DNA from: Candidatus Bathyarchaeia archaeon
Lineage (GTDB): Archaea > Thermoproteota > Bathyarchaeia > Bathyarchaeales > Bathycorpusculaceae
Direction of reading: 5' to 3'
NCBI GenBank assembly: GCA_038883715.1
Contig: JAVZLS010000010.1
Span: 1 to 50,492, forward strand
DNA length: 50,492 nucleotides
Shown here piece after piece: positions 29,281-38,235 of the stretch (its first letter is position 1; each line of letters begins with the position of its first letter). The translations under genes and the position numbers were made by a program. Under the pieces are notes generated by a model. That model ran no database searches. It was not told the origin of the DNA and saw nothing but the letters and a program-made list of their open reading frames with translations.

Positions 29281-29717
29281 GCGAAATTGGAAGCCCTGTG
29301 GACGTTGTCATTCAGCTGTTGAGCGAGAACATGCAAGTGGTTAAAGAGGATGGAAGCCTTGCCAAAATTCAGGTTAGCCGCGAATGGCTAAGCCAAGAAG
29401 CTTTACAGCAGATTGATGGGCATGTGACCGTTGGCTTGGCGGAGTGCCTCGACACAAAACTTGAGCTAGGCGGCAAGCTCCGAAGACGCGTGTACGCCAT
29501 CCGCGTTAACGTTTGGAGCCGAGACCCGCTAGTCCGCCAGAAAATGGTTGAGGAGATTATGCGGGTTATCCGCCAAAACCGCATTAACCCGGGCGGCTCC
29601 TTGGCTTATTTAGATGTGGTTAGTTTTCGGGATGTTGACCATGTGGATGTTAAACCAGTCATTTACAGAACCGAGTTCGTCTTGAGGTCATGGGTATTCG
29701 AGAATTTGGGAGTGTGA
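29277..29717 (+). CDS. Putative tail terminator protein
   Basis: Position before the tube gene; IRVNVWSRD motif; ATGA overlap. Confidence 0.6.
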   Translation: MSEIGSPVDVVIQLLSENMQVVKEDGSLAKIQVSREWLSQEALQQIDGHVTVGLAECLDTKLELGGKLRRRVYAIRVNVWSRDPLVRQKMVEEIMRVIRQNRINPGGSLAYLDVVSFRDVDHVDVKPVIYRTEFVLRSWVFENLGV

Positions 29718-29723
29718 TGAGAA

Positions 29724-30593
29724 GTGGTTGACACATATGGGGCGCATGAGTGCCGCGTCTACTATGTGCAAGAATCCAATTATGGGCAGACACCATCCAA
29801 CCCTTCTATGCTTGGAGTAAACGCCGAAAACATTGAGCCTTCTTTAAATCCAAGCCTCATTCAAGTGCGAGGCATAGGCAACAGAGACTTGGCGGCTCTA
29901 AAACGGGGACTGCTAAAACCAGCATTAAAGATTAGCCACATAATACCCAGCGACGCGCCTATAAGCTTTGTTCAGCATGTGCAAACCCTCAACAGCCTAA
30001 GCATACAAATCCTCTACTACAAGGGATTATTCGCTTCAGCTACAGACATTATCAGCCTCCTCTACAAGGGCATGCGAATAGACAAGCTAACTGTTGAATG
30101 CGGCATAAACGAGGTTGCTAAGGCAACCGTTGAGCTTATTGGGCAGGACGTTGCTGTTGGGACTGGCAAAATCACAGGCGCCACATACGCAGACTATGCC
30201 GGAGCAGTTCCATGCCATCAATGCTTTGTTCAGCGAGGCACGGCAGACGGTTCAGGGTTAGCGGAGGTTGAGCGAGTCACTGACTGGAAATTCACCATAG
30301 AAAACAATCTTAAACCAGTGCCGGTCATTCGCACAACAAGCGGACACCTGCTAAAATACTTGCCAGCCCGCCACCGCGAATTAAGCGGCGAGCTAACCTT
30401 CGAGTTTGAGGACAAAGGCGAGTTCGAAGACGTTGTAAACGACGGCGAGTTCAGCTTAAAATTTGGGCTTGGCGGCTCCAACTACGCCTTATTCAAGTAC
30501 TGCAAATGGGAAAACGTGGCAACACCAACACGCATAGAAGACCTCGTCAGCCTAAAAGCCCGCTTCATAGCAAGGGATGTGGTGATAGCCTAA
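29724..30593 (+). CDS. Tail tube (major tail) protein
   Basis: YVQESNYGQTP N-terminus, GMRIDKLTV, FTIENNL and RELSGELTFEF motifs; no sheath gene nearby. Confidence 0.8.
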   Translation: MVDTYGAHECRVYYVQESNYGQTPSNPSMLGVNAENIEPSLNPSLIQVRGIGNRDLAALKRGLLKPALKISHIIPSDAPISFVQHVQTLNSLSIQILYYKGLFASATDIISLLYKGMRIDKLTVECGINEVAKATVELIGQDVAVGTGKITGATYADYAGAVPCHQCFVQRGTADGSGLAEVERVTDWKFTIENNLKPVPVIRTTSGHLLKYLPARHRELSGELTFEFEDKGEFEDVVNDGEFSLKFGLGGSNYALFKYCKWENVATPTRIEDLVSLKARFIARDVVIA

Positions 30594-30970
30594 TGCGAAC
30601 AGAAACCGTTGTGATAGGCGAAGAGTACGGCAAGGAGTATGCTGGCAAATACGTTTTCCAAGAATTGACATGGGCGAGGCGGAGCCGCATAATCCAAAAA
30701 TACACAAAATACCACCCATTAACAGGGCAAGTCATCAGCAGCGATTATATCGCTATCCAAGCAGAAACAATAATGGCTTCGCTTAAAGAGCAGCCACCCC
30801 ACAAACCCATCAGCCTTGAAAAACTCCTCAGCGAAGACCCTGAAAAGGGCGTTCCAATAGCTCTCGGCGAGTTATTCAGCCAAATTGTCAACAGGCTTAA
30901 CAGCGTCAGCTTTGAGGAAACAGCTTTTTTATCCGCTGCATCAGACGCCAAAAACCAAACCAAGCCTTAA
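30593..30970 (+). CDS. Tail assembly chaperone (short, gpG-like form)
   Basis: TAATG overlap with the tube gene; slippery T TTT TTA near the 3' end. Confidence 0.75.
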   Translation: MRTETVVIGEEYGKEYAGKYVFQELTWARRSRIIQKYTKYHPLTGQVISSDYIAIQAETIMASLKEQPPHKPISLEKLLSEDPEKGVPIALGELFSQIVNRLNSVSFEETAFLSAASDAKNQTKP

Positions 30971-31134
30971 CGGAGTTTCGCTTATGCAAGGAGTTCGGCT
31001 GGACGCCACGCCAGCTCGCCCAACAACCAGCAAAAACCATCCAACAATTTATCATAATCCTAAACGAGTTGGACCGCCAAGCGGAAGAGGAAAAAGTCCG
31101 AATGGAGCGTGAAGCAAAATGGCGGTTGAAGTAA
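30925..31134 (+). CDS. -1 frameshift extension of the tail assembly chaperone (gpGT-like)
   Basis: -1 frame reads FFIRCIRRQKPNQALTEFRLCKEFGWTPRQLAQQPAKTIQQFIIILNELDRQAEEEKVRMEREAKWRLK*; absent from the ORF track. Confidence 0.8.
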   Translation, partial: FFIRCIRRQKPNQALTEFRLCKEFGWTPRQLAQQPAKTIQQFIIILNELDRQAEEEKVRMEREAKWRLK

Positions 31135-31484
31135 ACATTGAAATAGACGGCGAAGGGGTTTTGCAAGCCCTTCAACGCCTAGACGGGGCTATGCTGCGAC
31201 AGGTCCAAGAGCGACTTGAGCGTTGGGCTATGGAGGTCCGTGAATATGCCAGAAGCCTCGCTCCGGTTCGAACGGGCTATTTGAGAAGCACCATTTACGC
31301 GACTGTTAAAGATTGGGTTACAGAAATTGGAGCCACAGCTTCTTACGCCATGTTTATGGAGTTTGGCACCCGCCACATGAAAGCCCGCCCATATCTTTAC
31401 CCAGCCATTCAAGAACGTCTTCCAAGACTTGAAGCAGTTATAGTTGAGGCTTTGGAGCACGCTGCCTCGGAGGCTGGATTATGA
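31119..31484 (+). CDS. HK97 gp10-like tail completion protein
   Basis: APVRTGYLRSTI...YAMFMEFGTRHMKARPYLYPA signature. Confidence 0.88.
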   Translation: MAVEVNIEIDGEGVLQALQRLDGAMLRQVQERLERWAMEVREYARSLAPVRTGYLRSTIYATVKDWVTEIGATASYAMFMEFGTRHMKARPYLYPAIQERLPRLEAVIVEALEHAASEAGL

Positions 31485-32023
31485 GTTTCCGTGAAATAGC
31501 CATAACCATCCGCGCCATAAACCGCGCAAGCCACGAGTTTGCCAGAATCCAATCAGACGCCGAAACCTTGAGCGTGCGGATTAAAAGCCTCGGCGCCACA
31601 ATGGCTGGTTTAGGAGCCGCCGGCTCAGCAGTTGTCCATGTCGCCCACTCCTTCGGCTTACTGAACAGCGAGCAAACAAGAGCCTTAGCCAGCCTCACAT
31701 ACCTTGTCACCACCATGGGCGTGTTTATGCGCACCAGTTGGGGTGTAGCCGTAGCCCAGAAGGTTTACGCCGCAGCCTGCTGGATTGCCAACGCTGCCCA
31801 GCAAGCCCTAAACATAAGCTTCGCCACCTTCCTAGCTTTAACGGGTGTTGGAATAGTCGCCATCCTAGGGGCTGCTGCTGCCATATCCTATTTCGCCAGC
31901 CAAATGCGAAACGCCACAGAAAGCGTCCGCGAATACAACGAGGCGGCTAGTGAACTCAGCTTTGCTGGCAGAAGCATTCGTAGGGCTGGTGAAATGGAAC
32001 TTTATAGGCGAGGCGTAGAATAG
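31481..32023 (+). CDS. Very short tape measure protein
   Basis: N-terminal IAITIRAINRAS, Ala/Gly-rich helical and hydrophobic, AAQQALN..F..LTGVG pattern; position after TAC. Confidence 0.7.
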   Translation: MSFREIAITIRAINRASHEFARIQSDAETLSVRIKSLGATMAGLGAAGSAVVHVAHSFGLLNSEQTRALASLTYLVTTMGVFMRTSWGVAVAQKVYAAACWIANAAQQALNISFATFLALTGVGIVAILGAAAAISYFASQMRNATESVREYNEAASELSFAGRSIRRAGEMELYRRGVE

Positions 32024-32024
32024 C

Positions 32025-33641
32025 ATGAGCGTTAGCATTCCACGGATGCAGGCGGTTTTAGGCAGCTACACAATCGCTGAAAGCGACATTATAGAATGTA
32101 GAGTTCATTTAGGCTGCACAAAAGAAGTCAGCAGCTTCGAGCTTCTGCTTCAAAATTGGGATGGAAAATACAGCCCAAACGGCAGTTACCCGTTAAGCGT
32201 TGGATTACAAGGCTCCATTTCTATTGGAAGAGGCTCTAATGTTCCACAAGTTATTTCATGCCGTGTTGAACGTTTGGAATATATAAACACTCATGCTGAG
32301 CATTATTTGAAAGTTGGTGGACGCTGCCTCGGCGAACGTCTTTTCCGCAGAGTTTTCACTGGCACTTTTGAAGACATGAAAGGCGAGGATATAGTCAAAT
32401 ATTTGCTGGATAACCTTGTTGGTTTGAGCCACACGCGGGACAGCACAGAGCTTGTAGAGGCTACAACCACAACTTATGTTAAGCTGAATTATGAAAACAC
32501 ACCAGTCTTTGACATAATCCGTTATATTGCCGATTCAGCCGACTATTATGGCGTTATAGGCTACGATTTCCGCGTGGCTCCAGACGGAAAATTCGAGTTT
32601 TTCAGGCGGAACAGCAAAACTTCGCCTGTAAGCCTTTCCGAAATTATTGAAGAGTATGAATACCGCAAGGACATTAGCCGCATAAGAAACAGAATCCACG
32701 TTTACGGAGCAGCCGAAAGAAAACTGCCTTCAGACGCTAATGAAGATGGCTGGACGGAGTCCACCAGCGGCTGGCAATCCAACGGCGGAATAAGCACCTA
32801 CTCAGACCATGTGACGCAGGATGGGCAAAAGAAGTATTCAGACGCTTACTGTGTTTACGCTTATGGCGGAGGCACTCAACTCTACTTGTACCGCAGCTTA
32901 AACAATCTGAAGTTTGGTGGTCCAGAAGGCTTCAAACAGATTAACACTTGGATTAGGTGGGGGAATTATCCAACTTACGGATTAGCAAACGCTTACTGCC
33001 GCCTATGGCAAAGCAGCAACAACCACTTTGACATGGACATTAAGCCTATGCTTCCGCCGGCAAACACTTGGGGCAAACTTGTTTTACGGACAGACCAGCC
33101 TTCATGGACCAAGGTTGGCAACGCTGACTGGCGTAACCCCTTCACGGGCATAGACTTCATCATTTATTTCAACGAGACATGTGAGGACATTTGGCTTTAT
33201 CTTGACCACTTGTACCTGTCGGACAGCCGCTACTACGCCATGCAAGAAGACGCCGGCAGCCAATCATCCTACGGCTTAAGGGAGCTAACAGAAACTGATG
33301 AAGAGTTGAAAAGCGACAATGAATGCCTTTTAAGGGCTAAAGCCCTATTAGATTACTATAAAAATCCAACCGAACATTTAACCGTTAAAACCACAGTGTT
33401 AGACTATGGCGTTACGCCAATTCTTGCAGGGGACAGAGTTTATATGGAACTACCAAACGAGGGTGTGGGCGGCTATTTCCGCGTTGAAAGCGTGGAATAC
33501 TATGTTGACGCCAAAACGCAGACGCTTGAGGTTACACTGGAGCTTGGAAGGGAAACGCCAATGCTGGCGGATTACCTGTATGTGCTTCGCAGCAGGACAG
33601 ACCATTTGAGCCGTTATAAGGCGGGTGCGAGGGTTGTCTAG
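32025..33641 (+). CDS. Tail tip/baseplate hub protein with inserted putative carbohydrate-binding domain
   Basis: YDFRVAPDGKFEFF, IRNRIHVYG, SQSSYGLRE and ILAGDRV hub-like motifs; Trp/Gly/Asn-rich insert. Confidence 0.7.
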   Translation: MSVSIPRMQAVLGSYTIAESDIIECRVHLGCTKEVSSFELLLQNWDGKYSPNGSYPLSVGLQGSISIGRGSNVPQVISCRVERLEYINTHAEHYLKVGGRCLGERLFRRVFTGTFEDMKGEDIVKYLLDNLVGLSHTRDSTELVEATTTTYVKLNYENTPVFDIIRYIADSADYYGVIGYDFRVAPDGKFEFFRRNSKTSPVSLSEIIEEYEYRKDISRIRNRIHVYGAAERKLPSDANEDGWTESTSGWQSNGGISTYSDHVTQDGQKKYSDAYCVYAYGGGTQLYLYRSLNNLKFGGPEGFKQINTWIRWGNYPTYGLANAYCRLWQSSNNHFDMDIKPMLPPANTWGKLVLRTDQPSWTKVGNADWRNPFTGIDFIIYFNETCEDIWLYLDHLYLSDSRYYAMQEDAGSQSSYGLRELTETDEELKSDNECLLRAKALLDYYKNPTEHLTVKTTVLDYGVTPILAGDRVYMELPNEGVGGYFRVESVEYYVDAKTQTLEVTLELGRETPMLADYLYVLRSRTDHLSRYKAGARVV

Positions 33642-33828
33642 GGATTCTAGGCGGACAGTCGTGGAAGTTCGGGAGGACTTGCATCGGGAGGTTCGGAAGT
33701 TGGCATTGTTGAATGATTTGAGGATTTATCAGCTTGTAAACGCCATAATCGAGGATTACTTGAGGGACGGTGAGCGGGTGAAAGCCCTAATAAAGAGGCT
33801 TAGGCTTCAGTTTCCGCCTCCACCTTGA
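33634..33828 (+). CDS. Small RHH regulator
   Basis: TVVEVREDLHREVRKLALLNDLRIYQLVNAIIEDYL. Confidence 0.65.
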   Translation: MSRDSRRTVVEVREDLHREVRKLALLNDLRIYQLVNAIIEDYLRDGERVKALIKRLRLQFPPPP

Positions 33829-34714
33829 CGGCTTCCAGTAGGCTTTTTATTTCGGCTTTTTCCACCTCGCCCAGGGGTAGGGTTGGCATGCGCGGGTAGC
33901 CTCCAGGCAATCCCAGCATCCGCATTGCTTCTTTTATGGCTGAGAGCTGGTTGAAGCGTCTGACTAGAACTTCGTTTATGTGGGTTATTGTCCTTTGAAG
34001 TTTTGCCGCTTTTCCGATATTGCCTTGCTTGTAGGCTTTGTATAGGTTTGCACAAAGCTTAGGGTAGGTGTTGGCTACGGCTATTACGGCGCCTTTTCCG
34101 CCTAGCATTAGTGTTGGCAGCACAACGTCGGCTGTTCCAGCCAAAACAGCCATTTTTTCGCCTACTAGGCGTATTGTCTCCGTTATTGTGGCTATGTTTC
34201 CGCCGCTGTCCTTCACGCCCACCACGTTCGAATATTCTTTGGCGAGTTCTGCTATTACGGCTGGTTCTAGGGCGTAGCCTGTAAACTTTGGAACGCTGTA
34301 TAGGATTATTGGCAGGTCTACGGCCTCTAAAACAGCTTTGTAGTGGGCTGTTAGTTCTCGGTTTGAAAGCCTAAAATAGTAGGGTGTAACCACTACGGCG
34401 GCGTCAACGCCCAAGTCCTTGGCGTCTCTTGTTAGGCGTATGGTTTCCCATGTGCTGGGCGCCCCAGTGCCAGCAACAACCGTCACGCTGTTTTTAGCCT
34501 CTTCTAGGACTGTGGCGACTATCTTTTGGCGTTCCTCCCTCGCCAGGTAGGGGGCTTCGCCATTACTGCCACAAGGCATAAGGCCATCTATGTCATTTTC
34601 AATCCAGAACTGCACGCATGTGCGTAGTGCTTCAAAGTCTATTTCGCCTTTTTCCGTGAAAGGCGTAATGCATGGGACAAATATGCCTTCAAACTTTCTG
34701 GGTTTCATTTTCAT
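33800..34714 (-). CDS. dapA: Dihydrodipicolinate synthase / N-acetylneuraminate lyase family (DapA-like)
   Basis: ITPF, GSNGE, VTPYY, ILYSVP and VGVKDS (Schiff-base Lys) motifs; exact substrate uncertain. Confidence 0.85.
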   Translation of the reverse strand: MKMKPRKFEGIFVPCITPFTEKGEIDFEALRTCVQFWIENDIDGLMPCGSNGEAPYLAREERQKIVATVLEEAKNSVTVVAGTGAPSTWETIRLTRDAKDLGVDAAVVVTPYYFRLSNRELTAHYKAVLEAVDLPIILYSVPKFTGYALEPAVIAELAKEYSNVVGVKDSGGNIATITETIRLVGEKMAVLAGTADVVLPTLMLGGKGAVIAVANTYPKLCANLYKAYKQGNIGKAAKLQRTITHINEVLVRRFNQLSAIKEAMRMLGLPGGYPRMPTLPLGEVEKAEIKSLLEAVKVEAETEA

Positions 34715-34785
34715 CCAGCCGGTCTATGTTTGTGAAAGCTATTTATTGTTTCATGCTTTATTAAGGGTTGAGGAGTTGAGGCTTC

Positions 34786-34980
34786 TTGAAAAGTCTGGAG
34801 GGGCTTCCTTCGGAAGTGAAGTTTTTGATGGCTGTGGATATGACTGATTTCGCCCTGCAAGTTTGTGCCGCCGGCATTAAGGCTGAGAATCCGGACATCG
34901 GCGAGGCTGAGCTTTTGGAGAAGCTTCGGGAAAGGCTTGAATGGTGCAGGCGTGAACGCCAGCGGCGGCGTGGTGTATAG
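34786..34980 (+). CDS. Small protein, probable partner of the downstream nucleotidyltransferase
   Basis: 64 aa, AGIKAENPD..E.EL pattern, 2 bp upstream of the NTase. Confidence 0.55.
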   Translation: MKSLEGLPSEVKFLMAVDMTDFALQVCAAGIKAENPDIGEAELLEKLRERLEWCRRERQRRRGV

Positions 34981-34982
34981 GT

Positions 34983-35528
34983 TTGACTTTTTTCCATGAT
35001 TTTGTTGGGCGTGTTGTCAACTCTTTGGAGAAAGTTGGGATACATTATGCTTTTACTGGTGCTTTGGCTGCCAGCTTTTACGGAGTTCCCAGAACAACAG
35101 TGGACGTTGACGTAATTGTTTTTCTGCAGGGCGAATCGGATAAGGTTAAGCTTGTTTCGGCTCTTAGGGATGCGGGATTAGACGCCGACACGCAAAAGAT
35201 TGAAAAAGCCTTAAGGTCCGGATATAGGATAGCCTCCTTTAAGGATGGGCGGACGCCTTACACCCTCGACGTAATCCTTTCAGAAAGGAAATTTAAGAGA
35301 AGGTCTGGGAGGTTGGACGAGTTTAAGGCACACTTCCAAACGCCTGAAGATCTTGTTTTGGCTAAGCTTCGCATGATTAGGGCAACCATGCCAAGGGAAA
35401 GAGCCCAAAAAGACATAGAAGACATAAAAGCCATACTAAAATTCACAAAAGTGGACATAGAAGCGGTTAGAAAACAAGCCAAAAAAGAAGACACTCTCCA
35501 AATTCTTGAAGACTTAGTGATTAAGTGA
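34983..35528 (+). CDS. Nucleotidyltransferase (DUF6036/AbiEii-like), putative TA component
   Basis: TGALAASFYGVPRTTVDVD, PEDLVLAKL and KDIEDI motifs. Confidence 0.8.
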   Translation: MTFFHDFVGRVVNSLEKVGIHYAFTGALAASFYGVPRTTVDVDVIVFLQGESDKVKLVSALRDAGLDADTQKIEKALRSGYRIASFKDGRTPYTLDVILSERKFKRRSGRLDEFKAHFQTPEDLVLAKLRMIRATMPRERAQKDIEDIKAILKFTKVDIEAVRKQAKKEDTLQILEDLVIK

Positions 35529-35849
35529 AGTGCAAAGTAATCCTCTGTTTTGTTGGGCATAAAAAGAAGGTTTACGAAGACCTGACAAAAATGTTTTAGG
35601 CTTTATTTCGGTTATGACCTTTTAACACATGGTTCGTTGGTTAAAAATTTGTATTTTGTATTTTTGTTTTTTAACGAAATATAATGTTTTATCCTCTTTC
35701 AACTTATTATGCTTTAAAATCGTCGAAAATTCAGAAATCGCCAATTTTTAACAATATTATCTATTCACAATTTACATATTTTTTCTTTGTGATTTTATTC
35801 GAGAAACGTTTATAAGCTACAATACACTGTTTGATTCTGCTGTGGGAAA

Positions 35850-36257
35850 GTGATGGAAGAACTGCGCAGAAAATTCATAGTTGAAGAAAAGCTTGATGAG
35901 AAAATGATAACCGAATACATAGAACGCTCCCTTAGATTTGGTAAAGTATCAATTGATGGAGGCGTTATTATCGAAAAAGAAGGAATGGCAACAAAAGATC
36001 AGATTGGTTTAGCTGTAGTCATGAGACTTTTGGCAAATCGCTTGGAAAAGGGAATTTCTGCAGAGGTGAACACCAAGGAACTTTCTCAGAACTTGGGTAT
36101 TCCTGAAGATCAAGTAGCAGCAAGGCTTGCGGATTTAAGGGATGAGGGGGTTGTTATAAGGGTTGATAAGGGTGTTTACAGGGCAAACCCAACCCGAGTC
36201 GGAAGGTTTCTTGATTATTTAGAAGACAAATACTTGAAGGAGAGTGAGAAGAAATGA
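35850..36257 (+). CDS. Winged-helix protein
   Basis: TKELSQNLGIPEDQVAARLADLRDEGVVIRVDKGVY. Confidence 0.75.
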   Translation: MMEELRRKFIVEEKLDEKMITEYIERSLRFGKVSIDGGVIIEKEGMATKDQIGLAVVMRLLANRLEKGISAEVNTKELSQNLGIPEDQVAARLADLRDEGVVIRVDKGVYRANPTRVGRFLDYLEDKYLKESEKK

Positions 36258-36700
36258 CTGAAACAAGCTACAGGTTCAAGTATAAAAAGGGTGATTTTGA
36301 GATTGAAATTCAAGGCGACAAGGAATGGGTTGAGAAGAAATTCAAAGAAGTTATGGGAGAAAAAATCATTGAACCTGCGACTTTAATTGCAAAAGTAAAA
36401 GCGCTCCCTGATTCCTTGGTTGAATTCCTTAAAATTAAGGGTGACCCAAAAGAGCATATCGACAGAATAATTGTTTTTTCGTACTGGCTTTTTTACAAAG
36501 AGAATCTTAAATCTTACAATGTTGATGATATTGAGCGATGTTACGACGAGACTAGAATAGCAAAGCCTACCAACATTCATGCCTTTATGAACGATCTGCA
36601 AGCGAAAGGATACTTAAAACCCGCAGGAGAGAAGGACGGCAAAAAAGCGTGGGTAGTTACTAGAACTGGAGAAGAGTATGTCGAAAAAATGGGAGGATGA
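36254..36700 (+). CDS. Hypothetical protein with C-terminal winged helix
   Basis: EIEIQGDKEWV N-domain; KGYL...WVVTRTGEEYVE wing; ATGA overlap. Confidence 0.7.
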   Translation: MTETSYRFKYKKGDFEIEIQGDKEWVEKKFKEVMGEKIIEPATLIAKVKALPDSLVEFLKIKGDPKEHIDRIIVFSYWLFYKENLKSYNVDDIERCYDETRIAKPTNIHAFMNDLQAKGYLKPAGEKDGKKAWVVTRTGEEYVEKMGG

Positions 36701-36704
36701 AAAT

Positions 36705-37490
36705 ATGGCATTAACGCTTGAAGATTTTGCTAAAAAATTAGTTGATTTAGGGATTGATAAAGAGGTAATTAATCGCCTAATTGAATATTACAAAGAAGTC
36801 AAGAAGGCACACCTTTCTAATAAATGCAAAGATGTTATTCGATATGCAGGACAATTTTCTGAGGTTATTCTTGCGCTGATTGAAAATAAAGTTTCTGAAA
36901 AGAGTGTTAACGTGGATAAGGTTGAATTTGAAAAACTATACAAGAAAATTTTGAACTATCCAAAATCAAATGCTAAGGATGAAATATTAACTCTGGCAAT
37001 GCCAAGAGTTGCCCGGTCTGTTTACACTTTACGTAATAAAAAAGATGTTGTTCATGTTAAAACAGTGGACCCTGATTTTATTGATTCTGTGTACTGTGTA
37101 ACAGCTTGCGACTGGATGTTATCTGAACTTGCCTTTTTATTGTTGAAAGCTGATGAAAGAGAAGTTTACGGACTAATAAACTCTGTTCTTAAGAAAAAGG
37201 TTCCATTAATAGAAGAATTCGAAGATGGAACCATCGTTGTTCTTAAGGAAGGTCTATCATGGGCTGACGAAATTTTACTGGCTTTATATCACTACTATCC
37301 ACAAAGATTGAGAAGACAAGAATTAGAAAAAATCTTAAAGACATCATCAAACATCATATATACTTATCTCCAGCGTCTCGAAAACAAGAGACTAATTCAT
37401 AGGACAGACGAAGGCAGTAAATTGACACAGCTTGGAATAAAATACGTTGAAGAAAATCTACTAATAAAACAAGAAAACTCTGAGGTATAA
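36705..37490 (+). CDS. Putative HEPN-like domain + C-terminal winged helix
   Basis: YTLRNKKDVVH (Rx6H), C-terminal LTQLGIKYVE; GGAGG RBS before ATG 36705. Confidence 0.65.
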   Translation: MALTLEDFAKKLVDLGIDKEVINRLIEYYKEVKKAHLSNKCKDVIRYAGQFSEVILALIENKVSEKSVNVDKVEFEKLYKKILNYPKSNAKDEILTLAMPRVARSVYTLRNKKDVVHVKTVDPDFIDSVYCVTACDWMLSELAFLLLKADEREVYGLINSVLKKKVPLIEEFEDGTIVVLKEGLSWADEILLALYHYYPQRLRRQELEKILKTSSNIIYTYLQRLENKRLIHRTDEGSKLTQLGIKYVEENLLIKQENSEV

Positions 37491-37603
37491 CAGCGCATTA
37501 TCTATGATAAACTATAGCTCTTCTGAGCTGGTGAATTTGTAAATTTCTGAATTTTGGGCTTCTTTATATTCGGTTTTTTCTCGTTTTTGTTTGATGATGG
37601 TGT

Positions 37604-37996
37604 ATGAGGGAGGTTGTTAGGCGGGTTAGGGAGTTAAGTCTTGGTGATTTGGTTCGTGTTGAGTGGTTTGACGCTAGTATAGGCAAAAGCCTCAGCGGTG
37701 GTTTGAACGGCATAGACGTTCCTGTTGTCAGCTGGGGCATATTTCTAGGCGTTTTGGGTTCTAAGAACCGGCATATTATTTTGGCTCAGAACTGTTTTCG
37801 TTATGCTGATGGCTTCTACGACATTGATTATACGGCTGTGCCACTGGCTTGGACAAGCAACACCAATGTAATCGCCAAAGCCCATGTCCAACCCGAAGAA
37901 GCCAAACAGCTCCTAAACAGCTTCTTGGTGGGCGGAAAACGCGCCTCAATAAAGGGCAAGAAGTACCACCAACAGAGGGTTGAAAACCATGCCTGA
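37604..37996 (+). CDS. Hypothetical virus-type protein
   Basis: GDLVRVEWFDAS...SWGIF small beta-barrel pattern; first gene of the terminase operon. Confidence 0.7.
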   Translation: MREVVRRVRELSLGDLVRVEWFDASIGKSLSGGLNGIDVPVVSWGIFLGVLGSKNRHIILAQNCFRYADGFYDIDYTAVPLAWTSNTNVIAKAHVQPEEAKQLLNSFLVGGKRASIKGKKYHQQRVENHA

Positions 37997-38219
37997 CTGG
38001 ATTAAAAAGGCTTTAACAAGAAGAACCCGCAAAGGCGAAATCCCACCAGACCAAAGGCTTCTCATAGGCGTAAAATTCGCCATAGCCATGACAATATGCC
38101 TATCCGCCCTAGAAGTCGCCCATCTGGCTTTTCTTGGCAGATGGAACAGCGAAATCTTCGCCGCCATAACAGGCTTGACGGGCACTGTAAGCGGCATCCT
38201 CATAGCACAAAAAACCTAG
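37989..38219 (+). CDS. Small two-TM membrane protein (holin-like candidate)
   Basis: Basic N-terminus followed by two hydrophobic helices. Confidence 0.6.
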   Translation: MPDWIKKALTRRTRKGEIPPDQRLLIGVKFAIAMTICLSALEVAHLAFLGRWNSEIFAAITGLTGTVSGILIAQKT

Positions 38220-38235
38220 AGGGGGTATCCAATTT

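Noticed and set aside
30885-31112. 75-aa track ORF as the chaperone frameshift partner
   Set aside because: It is in the +1 frame; the slippery heptamer leads to the -1 frame, which encodes the chaperone-like sequence.
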